In this document: piece by piece, positions 29,936-40,710 of the stretch
Numbering within the stretch: the stretch's first letter is position 1
How the letters are laid out: each line of letters begins with the position of its first letter
Assembly (NCBI GenBank): GCA_046350795.1
Contig: JAXLZT010000001.1
Span: 2,411 to 66,410 of the forward strand
Length of the DNA: 64,000 nucleotides
From: Minisyncoccota bacterium
GTDB taxonomy: Bacteria; Patescibacteriota; Minisyncoccia; Phycocordibacterales; CALRHW01
Reading direction: 5' to 3'
Notes under the pieces: generated by a model
Told to the model about the DNA's origin: nothing
The model's input: only the letters and a program-made list of their open reading frames with translations
Database searches by the model: none
Position numbers and translations under genes: made by a program

Positions 29936-31672
29936 ATGAATACTCGTAATAGGGCGCGCGTCCCTTTCTCAAAAAAAATCCTTACTCCAATAAAAACTTT
30001 TTCTGTATTAGAAAGAAGCATATTTTTTGTATTTTTTGGACTTTTTATTTTAAGTGGTCTTTCTATAATTTGGAATATAAACGAACACTTTTTAGTAGAT
30101 GTACCAAACCGTGGCGGTACACTCACAGAAGGTATTGTTGGGTCACCTCGTTTTATCAATCCACTATTATCAATATCTGATGCTGACGAAGATCTCACCT
30201 CTCTCATTTATTCTGGTCTACTCAAAGCCACTCCAAGCGGAGAACTCATAGATGACCTCAGCAAAGAGCATCACATCTCAGACGACGGCCTAGAATACTC
30301 TTTTACATTAAAAGACAATATTTACTTTCATGATGGTGAACCAGTTACCGCAAGCGACGTAGAATTTACCGTAAAAAAAGCCCAAGACAGCCAGCTCCGC
30401 AGTCCAAAACGTATCAACTGGGATGGAATAACTGTAAAAAAAATAGACGATAAAAATATCAAGTTTATTTTAAAACAACCATATTCCCCTTTTATAGAAA
30501 ATCTCACAATGGGCATCCTACCTGAGCACATCTGGAGAAGTCTAGACTCAGACCAGTTTGCTGCAAGTCTTTTCAATACAGAACCAGTGGGCTCTGGGCC
30601 ATATAAAATAAAAAAAATAAAAAGAAACTCTGGTGGTGTACCAACATATTACCAGCTTGAACCATTTTCTAAATATTCACTCGGTGAGCCATATATAAAA
30701 AATCTTTTACTATCATTTTACACAAATGAAGAAGATGCCTTAGAAGCCTTTACAAACGGTGATATAGAAAGTATTAGTGGTATACCACCACAGACAGTAA
30801 ATCAGATAATAAACCAAAGAACTCGTATAGAAAAATCTTCTTTACCACGCATATTTGGAGTGTTTTTTAATCAAAATCAAGCGCCAGTACTCATCAATAA
30901 AGAAGTACGCGCAGCACTCAATATGGTAGTAGAAAAAAATAGAATAGTGCAAAGCGTTCTTGGTGGATACGGTATGGTTATAAACGGACCACTTCCTTTT
31001 GCAAATCTAAAACAAGAAGAAAATACAGATGTATCAACATCTACACCGACAGATATGGCTCTAGAGTTACTTAGTAGAAATGGCTGGACACTAAATCAGA
31101 CTACAGGCGTAATGGAAAAGAAAACAAAAAAAGAAACCATTCCACTATCTTTTTCAATATCAACAGGAGATGCACCTGAACTAAAACAAACAGCCCTAAT
31201 CCTACAAGAAGAATGGCAAAAGATCGGTGCTCATGTAGATATAAAAATATTTGAAACCGGAGATTTAAATCAAAATATTATCCGACCACGCAAATACGAT
31301 GCTTTGCTTTTTGGTGAGGTAACGGGCAGAGATTTTGACCTATACCCCTTCTGGCATTCTTCACAGAGAAACGATCCAGGTCTAAACATAGCAATGTATG
31401 TAAACAGTAAAGCAGATAAACTTTTAGAAGAAATGAGATCAACCACAGACAATGCCGTAAAAGAGGAAAAGTATGCTGGATTTGAACAACTGATAAAAGA
31501 TGACATACCAGCGATATTTACATATACACCAGATTTTATATATCTTGTACCCACAAAGTTAAAAAATATAAAACTTGGAGAAGGTATAAAAGCATCAGAA
31601 AGATTTATGAATGTTCACGAATGGTACATAGAAACAAACAAAGTATGGAAGATATTTGTTAAAAACAATTAA
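29936..31672 (+). CDS. ABC transporter substrate-binding protein, family 5 (oligopeptide-type), membrane-anchored
   Basis: N-terminal TM; SBP_bac_5-like; no permease genes adjacent. Confidence 0.65.
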   Translation: MNTRNRARVPFSKKILTPIKTFSVLERSIFFVFFGLFILSGLSIIWNINEHFLVDVPNRGGTLTEGIVGSPRFINPLLSISDADEDLTSLIYSGLLKATPSGELIDDLSKEHHISDDGLEYSFTLKDNIYFHDGEPVTASDVEFTVKKAQDSQLRSPKRINWDGITVKKIDDKNIKFILKQPYSPFIENLTMGILPEHIWRSLDSDQFAASLFNTEPVGSGPYKIKKIKRNSGGVPTYYQLEPFSKYSLGEPYIKNLLLSFYTNEEDALEAFTNGDIESISGIPPQTVNQIINQRTRIEKSSLPRIFGVFFNQNQAPVLINKEVRAALNMVVEKNRIVQSVLGGYGMVINGPLPFANLKQEENTDVSTSTPTDMALELLSRNGWTLNQTTGVMEKKTKKETIPLSFSISTGDAPELKQTALILQEEWQKIGAHVDIKIFETGDLNQNIIRPRKYDALLFGEVTGRDFDLYPFWHSSQRNDPGLNIAMYVNSKADKLLEEMRSTTDNAVKEEKYAGFEQLIKDDIPAIFTYTPDFIYLVPTKLKNIKLGEGIKASERFMNVHEWYIETNKVWKIFVKNN

Positions 31673-31706
31673 AATTTAATTAAAAACATTTAAAAGAAAT
31701 AAAAAA

Positions 31707-33620
31707 ATGAAAAACGAAGATATACAGATTCCAGATATGCCAAAAGCGACAATGCCTGCCACACGCACAGTTGCGCCCACTACACCATCACGTACACCAA
31801 CAACAACTCATAGAAGTGCTGGTATACATTCTCGTGGTGGACAGAGAAATAGAACTGGCGGACATCACAGCCGACGCCCTATGGGTATGCGCCGTGATCC
31901 AGCACCAAAAGCAAGAAAGCCGGATGATGTTATCCCCCCTATCGGAGACAGTATTCGCATTATTCCACTTGGAGGTGTAGAGGAAGTTGGAAAAAACATG
32001 ACAGCTATTGAGTATGGAAATGACATTATCGTACTCGATATGGGTTTTGGTTTTAAAGAAGAAGATACTCCTGGAGTAGACTATATTTTGCCAAACACAA
32101 AATATCTAGAAGACAGGAAAGACAAAATCCGTGCAGTCATCATTACTCACGGACATCTCGATCACATCGGCGGTATTCCTTTTATCATGCCTCGTATTGG
32201 CAATCCCCCTTTATATTCTCGCTATCTGACTACACTCATGATACGCAAGCGACAAGAAGAATTTCCACATCTTCCACCTTTTGAAATAAACGTAGTAGAA
32301 AAAGACGATCGCATCAAAATCGGCAATCTTTCTGTACGATTTTTTGCTGTGACTCATACTATCCCCGACTCTATGGGAGTTATTATTGAGACACCTTATG
32401 GATCTATTGTAAACGCTGGTGATCCAAAACTAGATCATGACGATGGTATTCCTACAGAAGCAGAAGAAAAAGAGTATGCAAAATTCCAAAAAGAAAAGGT
32501 GCTACTTTTCATGAACGATTCAACAAACGTTGAAAATCCCGGCTTCTCTACTCCAGAAAAATTGGTACACAAAAACCTAGAAGAAATCATAAAAAACATA
32601 AAAGGTCGCCTCATCATCGGTACTTTTGCATCTCAGCTTGAGCGCATCATAAAAATAATCCAGATTTGTGAAAAATATGGCAAAAAAGTGATAGTTGAGG
32701 GCCGTAGTATGAAAACAAACGTAGAGATTGCAAAACTTGCAAACATGTTTAGTACAAAAAAAGATACTATCATCCCTATCGAAGACGCAGAAAAGTATCC
32801 GCCAGAAAAAGTGCTAGTACTAGCTACCGGTCCACAAGGTGAAGAATTTTCAGTACTTGCTCGTATGGCAAATAGAACCCACAAGAGCTTTAAAATAAAT
32901 AAGCGTGACACTATTTTGCTTTCATCTTCTATTATTCCAGGCAATGAAAAAAAGGTGCAGAAACTAAAAGACAACATTGCTCGGCAAGGTGTGAAAATAA
33001 TTCACTATCGTACTTCTGACGTGTATATTCATTCTACAGGTCACGGCAATCGTGGTGAGCTAGAGTGGATGTTTAAAAAAGTAAATCCAAAGTTTTTCAT
33101 GCCTATTCACGGCAACCACTACATGCTTCGTCTACACGCTCAGACTATAGAAGCACTTGGTATGCCTGAAGAAAATATCATCATTCCTGACAACGGCACA
33201 ATCATAGAAATACAAGACAAAGGCACAAAGCTCGTAAGACTAAAAGAGACTGCGCCAAGCAATATGATGATGGTGGACGGATTTTCTGTTGGTGATATGC
33301 AGGAGGTAGTGTTGCGTGATAGAAAAATGCTAGCCGAAGATGGTATGTTTGTCATCATTGCGAGTATAAACCTAAAGACTGGAAAATTACGTAAATCTCC
33401 AGATATTATTTCTCGAGGGTTTGTGTATCTGCGAGAATCTCAAGACCTACTTCAAGACGCAAGACATTTAATTAAGAAAACAGTAGAAGATACTACTGCG
33501 GGAATGAATCCTATCAACTTTGATTATGTAAAAGAAAACATTTCAGAGACTGTTAGCAGATTCCTTTTCCAAAAAACAGCAAAAACTCCTATCGTAATAC
33601 CTGTAGTGCTTGGAGTTTAA
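31707..33620 (+). CDS. rnj: Ribonuclease J (metallo-beta-lactamase/beta-CASP) with ~85-aa disordered Arg/Thr/Pro-rich N-terminal extension
   Basis: HGHLDHIGG motif, beta-CASP and C-terminal domain. Confidence 0.85.
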   Translation: MKNEDIQIPDMPKATMPATRTVAPTTPSRTPTTTHRSAGIHSRGGQRNRTGGHHSRRPMGMRRDPAPKARKPDDVIPPIGDSIRIIPLGGVEEVGKNMTAIEYGNDIIVLDMGFGFKEEDTPGVDYILPNTKYLEDRKDKIRAVIITHGHLDHIGGIPFIMPRIGNPPLYSRYLTTLMIRKRQEEFPHLPPFEINVVEKDDRIKIGNLSVRFFAVTHTIPDSMGVIIETPYGSIVNAGDPKLDHDDGIPTEAEEKEYAKFQKEKVLLFMNDSTNVENPGFSTPEKLVHKNLEEIIKNIKGRLIIGTFASQLERIIKIIQICEKYGKKVIVEGRSMKTNVEIAKLANMFSTKKDTIIPIEDAEKYPPEKVLVLATGPQGEEFSVLARMANRTHKSFKINKRDTILLSSSIIPGNEKKVQKLKDNIARQGVKIIHYRTSDVYIHSTGHGNRGELEWMFKKVNPKFFMPIHGNHYMLRLHAQTIEALGMPEENIIIPDNGTIIEIQDKGTKLVRLKETAPSNMMMVDGFSVGDMQEVVLRDRKMLAEDGMFVIIASINLKTGKLRKSPDIISRGFVYLRESQDLLQDARHLIKKTVEDTTAGMNPINFDYVKENISETVSRFLFQKTAKTPIVIPVVLGV

Positions 33621-33638
33621 AAAATAAAAAAACAAAAG

Positions 33639-33675
33639 GTCGCCTCCGAATGAGGAGGCGACCCGTTTGGTTTTG
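33639..33675. terminator. Bidirectional intrinsic terminator (GGTCGCCTCC-gaatga-GGAGGCGACC)
   Basis: 10-bp stem plus CGTTTGGTTTT. Confidence 0.65.
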
Positions 33676-33702
33676 GTAGGAGTCCCTACCTAGGGATTGG
33701 AC

Positions 33703-34377
33703 CTACTTGCTCGTGGGCGGTTGCGTCGCAGGGCTCTGGGTGATGGAGCAACTCGAGGCTCCAGGCCCCCCGGCAGAACAGGAGGCGCTGCTGGCCTGAC
33801 TGCCGAGCACGCACTTGCACACCGGGTAGATGCCACTCGAGTTGAAGTTGCAGCAGGCGAAGTAGGCACTGTTGCCACAGGTCACCTGACACGTCTGAGG
33901 GCCCGCCGATGACGGGTTTCCATCAGCCGACGTCGAAACGTCAACGAAGGATCCCACGACCACCATGTTCCCAGCTCCGAGCTTGAGAACTTCCGGCTGA
34001 GACCCACCCATGATGAACTCGACGTCGGTGTGGCCACGATTCCAAATGAGCCCAGAGACAATCTCCTCGCCCATGGGAACCATGTCCGGGAACGTGTAGA
34101 CACGCCCAGACACCGTCGTGAGACGCCCGATCACGGTCAAGAGACCGGCGTCGTTCACGTACAGGGGTGCGGGGACGACGATGTACTCAGCCACGTTGAA
34201 CGTGAGGCCGATCGTTGCCATTTCCTCCGGCGACACCGAGGTCGCCCAGAGAAGGGTCCGCAGATCCCGGTCTTCCACCTTGCCGTTGGTAGAAGCGGTG
34301 GACGTCGAAGTGGTGATGAACGCCACCAGGCCCAGCACCAAGAGAACGAGAGCAGACAACGTCCGTGTCCGATTCAT
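33703..34377 (-). CDS. Secreted Cys-rich hypothetical protein, high-GC island
   Basis: Signal peptide (MNRTRTLSALVLLVLGLVAF); C-terminal Cys-rich tail; GGAG SD; GC ~58%. Confidence 0.55.
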   Translation of the reverse strand: MNRTRTLSALVLLVLGLVAFITTSTSTASTNGKVEDRDLRTLLWATSVSPEEMATIGLTFNVAEYIVVPAPLYVNDAGLLTVIGRLTTVSGRVYTFPDMVPMGEEIVSGLIWNRGHTDVEFIMGGSQPEVLKLGAGNMVVVGSFVDVSTSADGNPSSAGPQTCQVTCGNSAYFACCNFNSSGIYPVCKCVLGSQASSASCSAGGPGASSCSITQSPATQPPTSK

Positions 34378-34479
34378 GTGAATTCTCCAGTGAGTTACAG
34401 GATGCTTTGGCCTCAACGCACCTTGCGTCAAGTAGATTCCAATGTGCATCTAAAATTCACGATACGCTCATATAAAACT

Positions 34480-34508
34480 TTGTCAAGTCACCTAAGCAGA
34501 GATATAAT
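34480..34508 (+). promoter_or_regulatory. Sigma70-like promoter (TTGTCA-17-TATAAT) giving a near-leaderless MFS mRNA
   Basis: TTGTCA 34480-34485, TATAAT 34503-34508, ATG at 34519. Confidence 0.5.
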
Positions 34509-34518
34509 ATACACCAGT

Positions 34519-35700
34519 ATGTTACACACATTATCACGTCACAAACTAGCCGTTATTTATATCTCAAATCTCCTGCTTTCTTTTCACTACTTTTTGATAC
34601 TTTATATTCATTCTTCATATATCGGTACGTATTTTAGTGAATCAAAACTCGCAATGCTCTATATTGTTGGTTCGGGAGTCAATCTGATTTTATTTTTTAA
34701 TATTCCCCATATCTTAGACCGCATCGGTAATTACAAATTTACCCTTTGGGCTATCATTTTAGAAGCAGTAGCTATCACTGGACTAATTGTTGGCACCTCA
34801 CAGCTATCTATCGGTCTTTCTTTTGTATTACATCAAGCTGTCATATCCATGATACTTTTTGGATTAGATATTTTTCTAGAGGGTGCAACAAAAAATGAAA
34901 AAGAGACTGGATCAATACGCGGTCTTTACCTTACACTATCAAATACAACCTTGGTCTTTTCACCACTTATTATCGGTATTTTACTCACAGGTAATAATTT
35001 TTGGATAGTATATTTGGTTTCACTTGTATTTCTATTTCCACTATTTTTCTTGATTAGAAAATATTTAAGAGATGCAAAATACAAAAAGAAAGAAAAGGTC
35101 TACATTATAAAGACAATAAAACAGCATAGAAAAAATAAAAACATCACCGCGATTTTGTATTCACATTTTATGCTTCAATTTTTCTATGCATGGATGGTGA
35201 TATATATGCCAATATATTTACATCAACATATCGGCTTTTCTTGGCAAGAGATAGGAACAATCTTTACAGTAATGTTACTGCCTTTTATGCTCTTTGAGTT
35301 GCCACTTGGCACCGTTGCAGATAAAAGATTTGGAGAAAAAGAAATACTTGTGATTGGTTTTATTATCATGGCAATTTCTACTTTTTTAATACCCACAATC
35401 AAAAGTCCTTCTGTAATAATTTGGGCAATAATTCTTTTTATGACTCGTACTGGCGCAAGCTTTGTAGAAGTTACATCTGAAAGTTATTTTTTCAAACACG
35501 TAAACGAAGAAAATACTGGACTTATTAGTCTTTTTAGAATGGCGCGACCATTTGCATATATTAGCGCACCAATGATAGCAACAATGACTATTTACTTTTT
35601 TAGTACGCAAAATACGTCGTACGGATATATATTTTCTGTCTTAGCGATACTAATGCTTGTTGGTGTACGATATAGCCTGAGAATAAAAGATACTAAATAA
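34519..35700 (+). CDS. MFS transporter (12 TM)
   Basis: Start set at MLHTLS; upstream ORF codons overlap the opposite-strand gene and look spurious. Confidence 0.7.
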   Translation: MLHTLSRHKLAVIYISNLLLSFHYFLILYIHSSYIGTYFSESKLAMLYIVGSGVNLILFFNIPHILDRIGNYKFTLWAIILEAVAITGLIVGTSQLSIGLSFVLHQAVISMILFGLDIFLEGATKNEKETGSIRGLYLTLSNTTLVFSPLIIGILLTGNNFWIVYLVSLVFLFPLFFLIRKYLRDAKYKKKEKVYIIKTIKQHRKNKNITAILYSHFMLQFFYAWMVIYMPIYLHQHIGFSWQEIGTIFTVMLLPFMLFELPLGTVADKRFGEKEILVIGFIIMAISTFLIPTIKSPSVIIWAIILFMTRTGASFVEVTSESYFFKHVNEENTGLISLFRMARPFAYISAPMIATMTIYFFSTQNTSYGYIFSVLAILMLVGVRYSLRIKDTK

Positions 35701-35709
35701 ATCTAGCTC

Positions 35710-36471
35710 TTATACACCTTTCTTTATCTCCAAATACATGAACAGTGGAATTTCTTTTCTCATTCTGTCTTCTTCTTTTTGCCTTGGACCCGCGTCGCTT
35801 TTTTTATGAGAAATCCACTCTTCTAGACGAGTCACAACAAATCCTCCAGAACGAAATAATTTAAAATAAAACTGAATTGGTCTATGAAAAGAAATGGTTT
35901 GTTCTTTTTCTTTTTGTCCTGGATGCATATCTATTTCTACTTTTGATTCTGAAATATACTTATCTATACGACGATATTGTTTTTGAGCAACATCATCCCA
36001 ACCCCAAGATGATCCTTTCGGGATTCTAAAAGATGGATGATTGAGTACTATGTGCATACTTCCGCCTTGCGACAAAACCCTACTGCATTCATACAACATT
36101 TCTTTTACCTCCTCTATATTTTGAATAGCAAGCACAAGAGAAATCTTGTCTACTGACGCATCAGCTATTCCCTTTAACTTATGTGCAGGTGTAACAACGT
36201 ATTTTATATTTGGATCAGAATTTTTCCTAGCAATACTGATGAGCTCTTTTGAAATATCTACACCCATCACCTTTTTTGATAAAGTAAAAAATTCTCGAGT
36301 AAAAAAACCTGTGCCACAAGCCAAATCTAAAATACTATCAGTAGGCTTGATATCAATTAGCCGAAGTAGGTTTGGTAAAATCACTTTCTTATGATAAGAA
36401 TCTTGATTTTCTGAAAGATGATTTTCATACCAATCCGCTACCACGCCCCATGATGTATTTTTATTTTTCAT
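35710..36471 (-). CDS. Class I SAM-dependent methyltransferase
   Basis: Motif I ILDLACGTGFFT. Confidence 0.75.
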   Translation of the reverse strand: MKNKNTSWGVVADWYENHLSENQDSYHKKVILPNLLRLIDIKPTDSILDLACGTGFFTREFFTLSKKVMGVDISKELISIARKNSDPNIKYVVTPAHKLKGIADASVDKISLVLAIQNIEEVKEMLYECSRVLSQGGSMHIVLNHPSFRIPKGSSWGWDDVAQKQYRRIDKYISESKVEIDMHPGQKEKEQTISFHRPIQFYFKLFRSGGFVVTRLEEWISHKKSDAGPRQKEEDRMRKEIPLFMYLEIKKGV

Positions 36472-36473
36472 AT

Positions 36474-37037
36474 CTAAAATTTTATCGGTATACTTATACT
36501 TTCATCATTCTCTGGTAAACCAGATGGATTGTCACGCTGTAAAATAAGTGTACCTGTATCCGTGGTAACACCATCAAATTTAAGCTCAGCATAAAAACCC
36601 ACAAAATCTTTGGTCATCCAATCAGTCTTTGCCGTCACCGGTATTGTGGCTATTTCTTTTCCATCCGCATCTAAAAGTCGAGCAGGAAATGATGCCTCAA
36701 AAAACCAGCTACCCCTCGCCTCACCTTCGATCTTTATCGGATTTGAAACAGTATCACCTGGTTTTGGACTTGTGACTTTTATATTACCAACCACAGTCTC
36801 ATCATTTGATGGAAGAGATGCGGTTGATATTTTTTCATCAAAACCCCTGCCGTCTGGCAGAGTACACCTGCGAGGATATGATTCAGTGACCGGATACCCA
36901 TTTTCTGCACAGGCTATAAAGCTATCTATAGAAAGCATGGCCTTTTTTTCTCTCATATAAAAAACCGTAAAGTACAACGAGACCATCAGTACAAGTGTCA
37001 GTATAATGATTATTTTTTTCATATATCTATTATGCAC
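36474..37037 (-). CDS. Hypothetical secreted/membrane-anchored protein
   Basis: N-terminal TM. Confidence 0.45.
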   Translation of the reverse strand: MHNRYMKKIIIILTLVLMVSLYFTVFYMREKKAMLSIDSFIACAENGYPVTESYPRRCTLPDGRGFDEKISTASLPSNDETVVGNIKVTSPKPGDTVSNPIKIEGEARGSWFFEASFPARLLDADGKEIATIPVTAKTDWMTKDFVGFYAELKFDGVTTDTGTLILQRDNPSGLPENDESISIPIKF

Positions 37038-37135
37038 TTTTTAACAAATCAGCAAATTTCTACCCATTTCATTGCATCAAAAATATCCCCCGCCCAACAC
37101 AGCGATCTCGTTGTTTGTGATTTCTTTCATATAGA

Positions 37136-37510
37136 TTAGTTTGCTCTTGGACCCAAAAGAAAGAGAGAAAAAGTGGCTATAGCTAGACCACCATCACGCA
37201 CACCAGTAGGACTTAAACCAAAAGACCAAGCAATACCAGCAAGGTGTAAAGCCAACAAAAGAGCAACGATGCGAGTAAAAATATTTAATATAAGCAAGAC
37301 AGCTCCTATAATCTCCAAAATACCATTTGTAAGTATAATTTTTTCAGAAGTAAAAAAAGCAGGAAGGGATTTTAATATAGCCCAGTCAGGCAACATGCGA
37401 ACCCATTGTGATGGATGCATTACTTGTTGTATACCAAACCATAAAAAGACAGCAGCGATACCAAAGCGCAATACTATAAAACCAAACCTCTGCATTTTAT
37501 ATGAATCCAT
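37136..37510 (-). CDS. DoxX-family membrane protein
   Basis: 4-TM DoxX-like. Confidence 0.6.
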   Translation of the reverse strand: MDSYKMQRFGFIVLRFGIAAVFLWFGIQQVMHPSQWVRMLPDWAILKSLPAFFTSEKIILTNGILEIIGAVLLILNIFTRIVALLLALHLAGIAWSFGLSPTGVRDGGLAIATFSLFLLGPRAN

Positions 37511-37516
37511 AAAAAA

Positions 37517-37912
37517 TTAATTAATTAATACACCAATAAAAAATCCGTCTAACTCATTTGCTGGTCTAGACTGTCCACCGTGCTGATCGTTGAAAGCAGG
37601 ACTTCCATCTTTTCCGCAAATGCTGAGTATAGCTCCCTGTCCACCTGGATGTTGTCCTATCCAAGAAGTAAGGTTGTAAACTTTGCCATTGATAGCACTC
37701 CAGCAATCAGTCTTTGAGTTGTGTGTTTGCACTTGAGCCATGGTAAAAGATGATGCGGTCTGAGTTGTAGGTGCAGGTGTAGATGTGGGTGCAGTCGTAG
37801 ATGTAGGTGCAGATGGATTTTGTTTATCATTTCCGTTGCTAGATATAGTAAAAATAATGCCACCAGCAAGGACAATCAAAATCACGACACTAATTATTAT
37901 ATTTCTATTCAT
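37517..37912 (-). CDS. Membrane-anchored cytochrome b5-like heme-binding domain protein
   Basis: N-terminal TM, TP-rich linker, cyt-b5 fold with HPGG and FNDQHGG motifs. Confidence 0.7.
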   Translation of the reverse strand: MNRNIIISVVILIVLAGGIIFTISSNGNDKQNPSAPTSTTAPTSTPAPTTQTASSFTMAQVQTHNSKTDCWSAINGKVYNLTSWIGQHPGGQGAILSICGKDGSPAFNDQHGGQSRPANELDGFFIGVLIN

Positions 37913-37954
37913 GATTATTTAATTATACCAAAATCAAATTTATTTTCTATTTTA

Positions 37955-38503
37955 CTAAATAGCTTTCACCTCAATAAGTTTTGTATTTATAATTTTCAAA
38001 TATTTAGATACACCAAAAGACGGCCTGACGGACATTGGTTCATCAGCACCCCTTTCAGCATAGTTAACTATTATTTGCCCATCTCTTATCTCTGTTGTCT
38101 GCGGTGCTATCCTGTCTCCAATAAAAACAGCATTCGTGCCTGTATAACCCTTTTTACTACCCAAAGCAACGACAACGTAGAAAAAAGTACCACTGCCACC
38201 GCCATCTTGCGTCACCAAAAAAGCAACATCTGATATTCCATCAGCATTCAAATCCCCCACCGCTTCATTTCCAAAATACTCAGTTGTGATCTTTGATATA
38301 GATTCTGGGGAAACTTTTGTTTGTGCAAAACCATTTTTTAGTGTAATTTTTTGACCCTCTATGTCATAAGTAGCATCTTTAAAGTTTGAAGTAGGAGCAT
38401 AAACCATCGGACGATCAACTTTAAAAAATAGTATGGTTGCAATAATAAACAAAACCACAATCACCATAAGAAACAAAAAATTTCTCTTTAAAATAATTGC
38501 CAT
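37955..38503 (-). CDS. Hypothetical membrane-anchored protein
   Basis: N-terminal TM. Confidence 0.45.
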   Translation of the reverse strand: MAIILKRNFLFLMVIVVLFIIATILFFKVDRPMVYAPTSNFKDATYDIEGQKITLKNGFAQTKVSPESISKITTEYFGNEAVGDLNADGISDVAFLVTQDGGGSGTFFYVVVALGSKKGYTGTNAVFIGDRIAPQTTEIRDGQIIVNYAERGADEPMSVRPSFGVSKYLKIINTKLIEVKAI

Positions 38504-38730
38504 TGGTTAATTATAGCAAAAAAACTTGCAATGGTTTTATATGGTTCGTCTGTACAACCAAGATCACTCCAACTGTGGATAACTTCATTGAAAAGAGAAC
38601 CGATGGGTATAGTATTAAGGATGAATTCGTTCAAACACTCGTACCCCAAGATGGGACAGCTCATCTTTCTCCCCTCCGCCACCCCGGCCAATGACAACAA
38701 GGCTGGGGTGGTTTTCCATATTTATTAAAG

Positions 38731-39735
38731 CTAAATCTTGTCTTTGTGTTCAGAAAAATAGACATTCTTTTTAGCTATGCCCATTTTGGCAAATTTTTTC
38801 AAGAGAAAGTCTTTCATCTCTTTTTCGCTTTTAAAAGCAATCTTCTTTTTTCCATCTAGCACCGCCCATTGTCCCACCTTTCGAAGTACATCCATTTTGC
38901 TTAACACTATGCGATTGACGCCGTTCATCCTTATCGCGCGCTCCATCAGATTTAGATTCATCCAGTTGCACTGACGAGGTCGGCCAGTAGTAGATCCGTA
39001 TTCCTCACCTACTTTTCTGATTTCTTCAAAAATTTTGTCTGCAGGCTCAAACTTTTTGTTGCCGACATAGGTCTCGTATATTTTTGCTACACCCCAGACA
39101 TCTTTTATTGCAGTAAAAGGCACTGCGTTTAAAATCATACCGCCCACTGTACAGTGGCTAGATGTTACAAAAGGATAATCTCCCCAATCAATATCGAGTC
39201 CAAAACCCTGAGCACCCTCACCGAGCACATATGTATTTTTATTTTTTACATGAAACTCTTCGTATAGGTCTATGAGATACGGCTTTAGCTCTGGCACACT
39301 CTCAGCTCGGATACCTGTGCGAGCATATTTGTTTCTGTAGGTCGGACCATTGCCACGTTTTGTCGTACCTATCTTACTATCAGAACCGTCTTCATTTTTA
39401 TTTTCTTCTGTGATGATATGAGTATTTTTTGCAATGAAAATTTTGCCTTTTGTCTTTATACCACCAGCCTCTAGCTCTTTTATCTCTTTCATAAACTGCA
39501 CTGGATCGAGCACACAGCCCGGACCAATGACAGATTTTATTCCAAAAAACACACCGACAGGTATGTGATGCGTCACAAACTTTTTCCCCTTATGATAAAT
39601 AGTGTGGCCCGCATTGCACCCTCCGTTGTAACGCAAAACGTGTGTAAACTTTTTAGTCTTGCACAAATGATGCGCTACTTTTCCCTTCGCACAATCTCCA
39701 TATTGCAAATCAACAATTACGTCTGTTTTAATCAT
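38731..39735 (-). CDS. purA: Adenylosuccinate synthetase (short form)
   Basis: P-loop-like QYGDCAKGKV, GTTKRGNGP, GSTTGRPRQ. Confidence 0.85.
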   Translation of the reverse strand: MIKTDVIVDLQYGDCAKGKVAHHLCKTKKFTHVLRYNGGCNAGHTIYHKGKKFVTHHIPVGVFFGIKSVIGPGCVLDPVQFMKEIKELEAGGIKTKGKIFIAKNTHIITEENKNEDGSDSKIGTTKRGNGPTYRNKYARTGIRAESVPELKPYLIDLYEEFHVKNKNTYVLGEGAQGFGLDIDWGDYPFVTSSHCTVGGMILNAVPFTAIKDVWGVAKIYETYVGNKKFEPADKIFEEIRKVGEEYGSTTGRPRQCNWMNLNLMERAIRMNGVNRIVLSKMDVLRKVGQWAVLDGKKKIAFKSEKEMKDFLLKKFAKMGIAKKNVYFSEHKDKI

Positions 39736-39852
39736 ACGAAAGAATCATATCAGAAAAAAACTGTTTTTAAAATTGGCTTGGCAAAAGTGACTTTATAACA
39801 TAATCTATACCTTGGATAGGAAACACCACCAAACAACAGGAGAAAGCTACCA

Positions 39853-40656
39853 ATGGGGACAAACGGAAAATCAAATCCGGACCGCTCCAAAGAGAGCGAC
39901 TCCGTGGATGTCTGGAAGCAGTACAAAGAGAATCCGAGCCAAGAGCTACGGAACAAACTCATACTCATGCATTACGGGGTTCTACTCGGCCACGCAAAAC
40001 GACAACACATCAGACTGAGGAAAATACTTTCCGTTGAAGAACTCGCGTCATACGGGCTCGATGGACTGATAGATGCCATTAATGCGTTTGATCCTGAACG
40101 TGGCATCAGGTTTGAGACATTCTGTTCACCCAGGATCTGGGGCTCGATGATAGACGGAATCCGCGAGATGGACTGGATCCCTCGCCTAGTCCGATCTAGA
40201 ACACGCAAGATTGAATCTGCGAGGGATCGTCTCAAACTGTCCTTGGGTCGAGATCCAACCCCCGAGGAAATACGAGAGGAACTCAAACTCAGCCCTGAAC
40301 AATATGAGAAAGAGAGTGGTGATTCACAACCAAAACACACCAACTCCCTCTCTCGTGAAGTGTGTGGGAATCAGCAAGGTGGCCGTGAGGTCTCACAAAT
40401 AGACTTCATCGAAGACGATGGATGTGAGAAGCCTGGAGATGAAGCCGATAGACAGGACCTGAGAAGATTCATGACTCGGGGGCTAGACCAGAAAAGTAGG
40501 CTCATCATCATCCTTCATCACTTCGAAGGCTTCAGCATGAAGGAGGTTGGTGAAATACTCTTCATGAGTGAGTCTCGGATATCTCAAATGCACACCGCAG
40601 CAATAGACGTGATTAGGTCAAACCTCGCACTGAAAGAGCTGTTGGACAAGCGTTGA
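39853..40656 (+). CDS. RNA polymerase sigma factor, sigma-70 family (FliA/WhiG-like group 3), high-GC island
   Basis: Region 2 (YGLDGLIDAINAFDPERGIRFETF), region 3, region 4 HTH (FSMKEVGEILFMSESRISQMHTAAIDVIRSNL); GGAG SD; GC ~55%. Confidence 0.8.
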   Translation: MGTNGKSNPDRSKESDSVDVWKQYKENPSQELRNKLILMHYGVLLGHAKRQHIRLRKILSVEELASYGLDGLIDAINAFDPERGIRFETFCSPRIWGSMIDGIREMDWIPRLVRSRTRKIESARDRLKLSLGRDPTPEEIREELKLSPEQYEKESGDSQPKHTNSLSREVCGNQQGGREVSQIDFIEDDGCEKPGDEADRQDLRRFMTRGLDQKSRLIIILHHFEGFSMKEVGEILFMSESRISQMHTAAIDVIRSNLALKELLDKR

Positions 40657-40678
40657 GAACAAAAAACAAAAACGCCTT

Positions 40679-40710
40679 TGGGCCGCCACGAAAGTGGCGG
40701 CCCATTTCAC
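40679..40710 (+). terminator. Intrinsic terminator (GGGCCGCCAC-gaaa-GTGGCGGCCC)
   Basis: 10-bp GC stem plus ATTTCACAT. Confidence 0.55.

Noticed and set aside
34030-34518. N-terminal 163 codons of ORF 34030..35700
   Set aside because: They overlap the opposite-strand Cys-rich gene and the promoter. The MFS transporter starts at ATG 34519, directly after a TTGTCA-17-TATAAT promoter.
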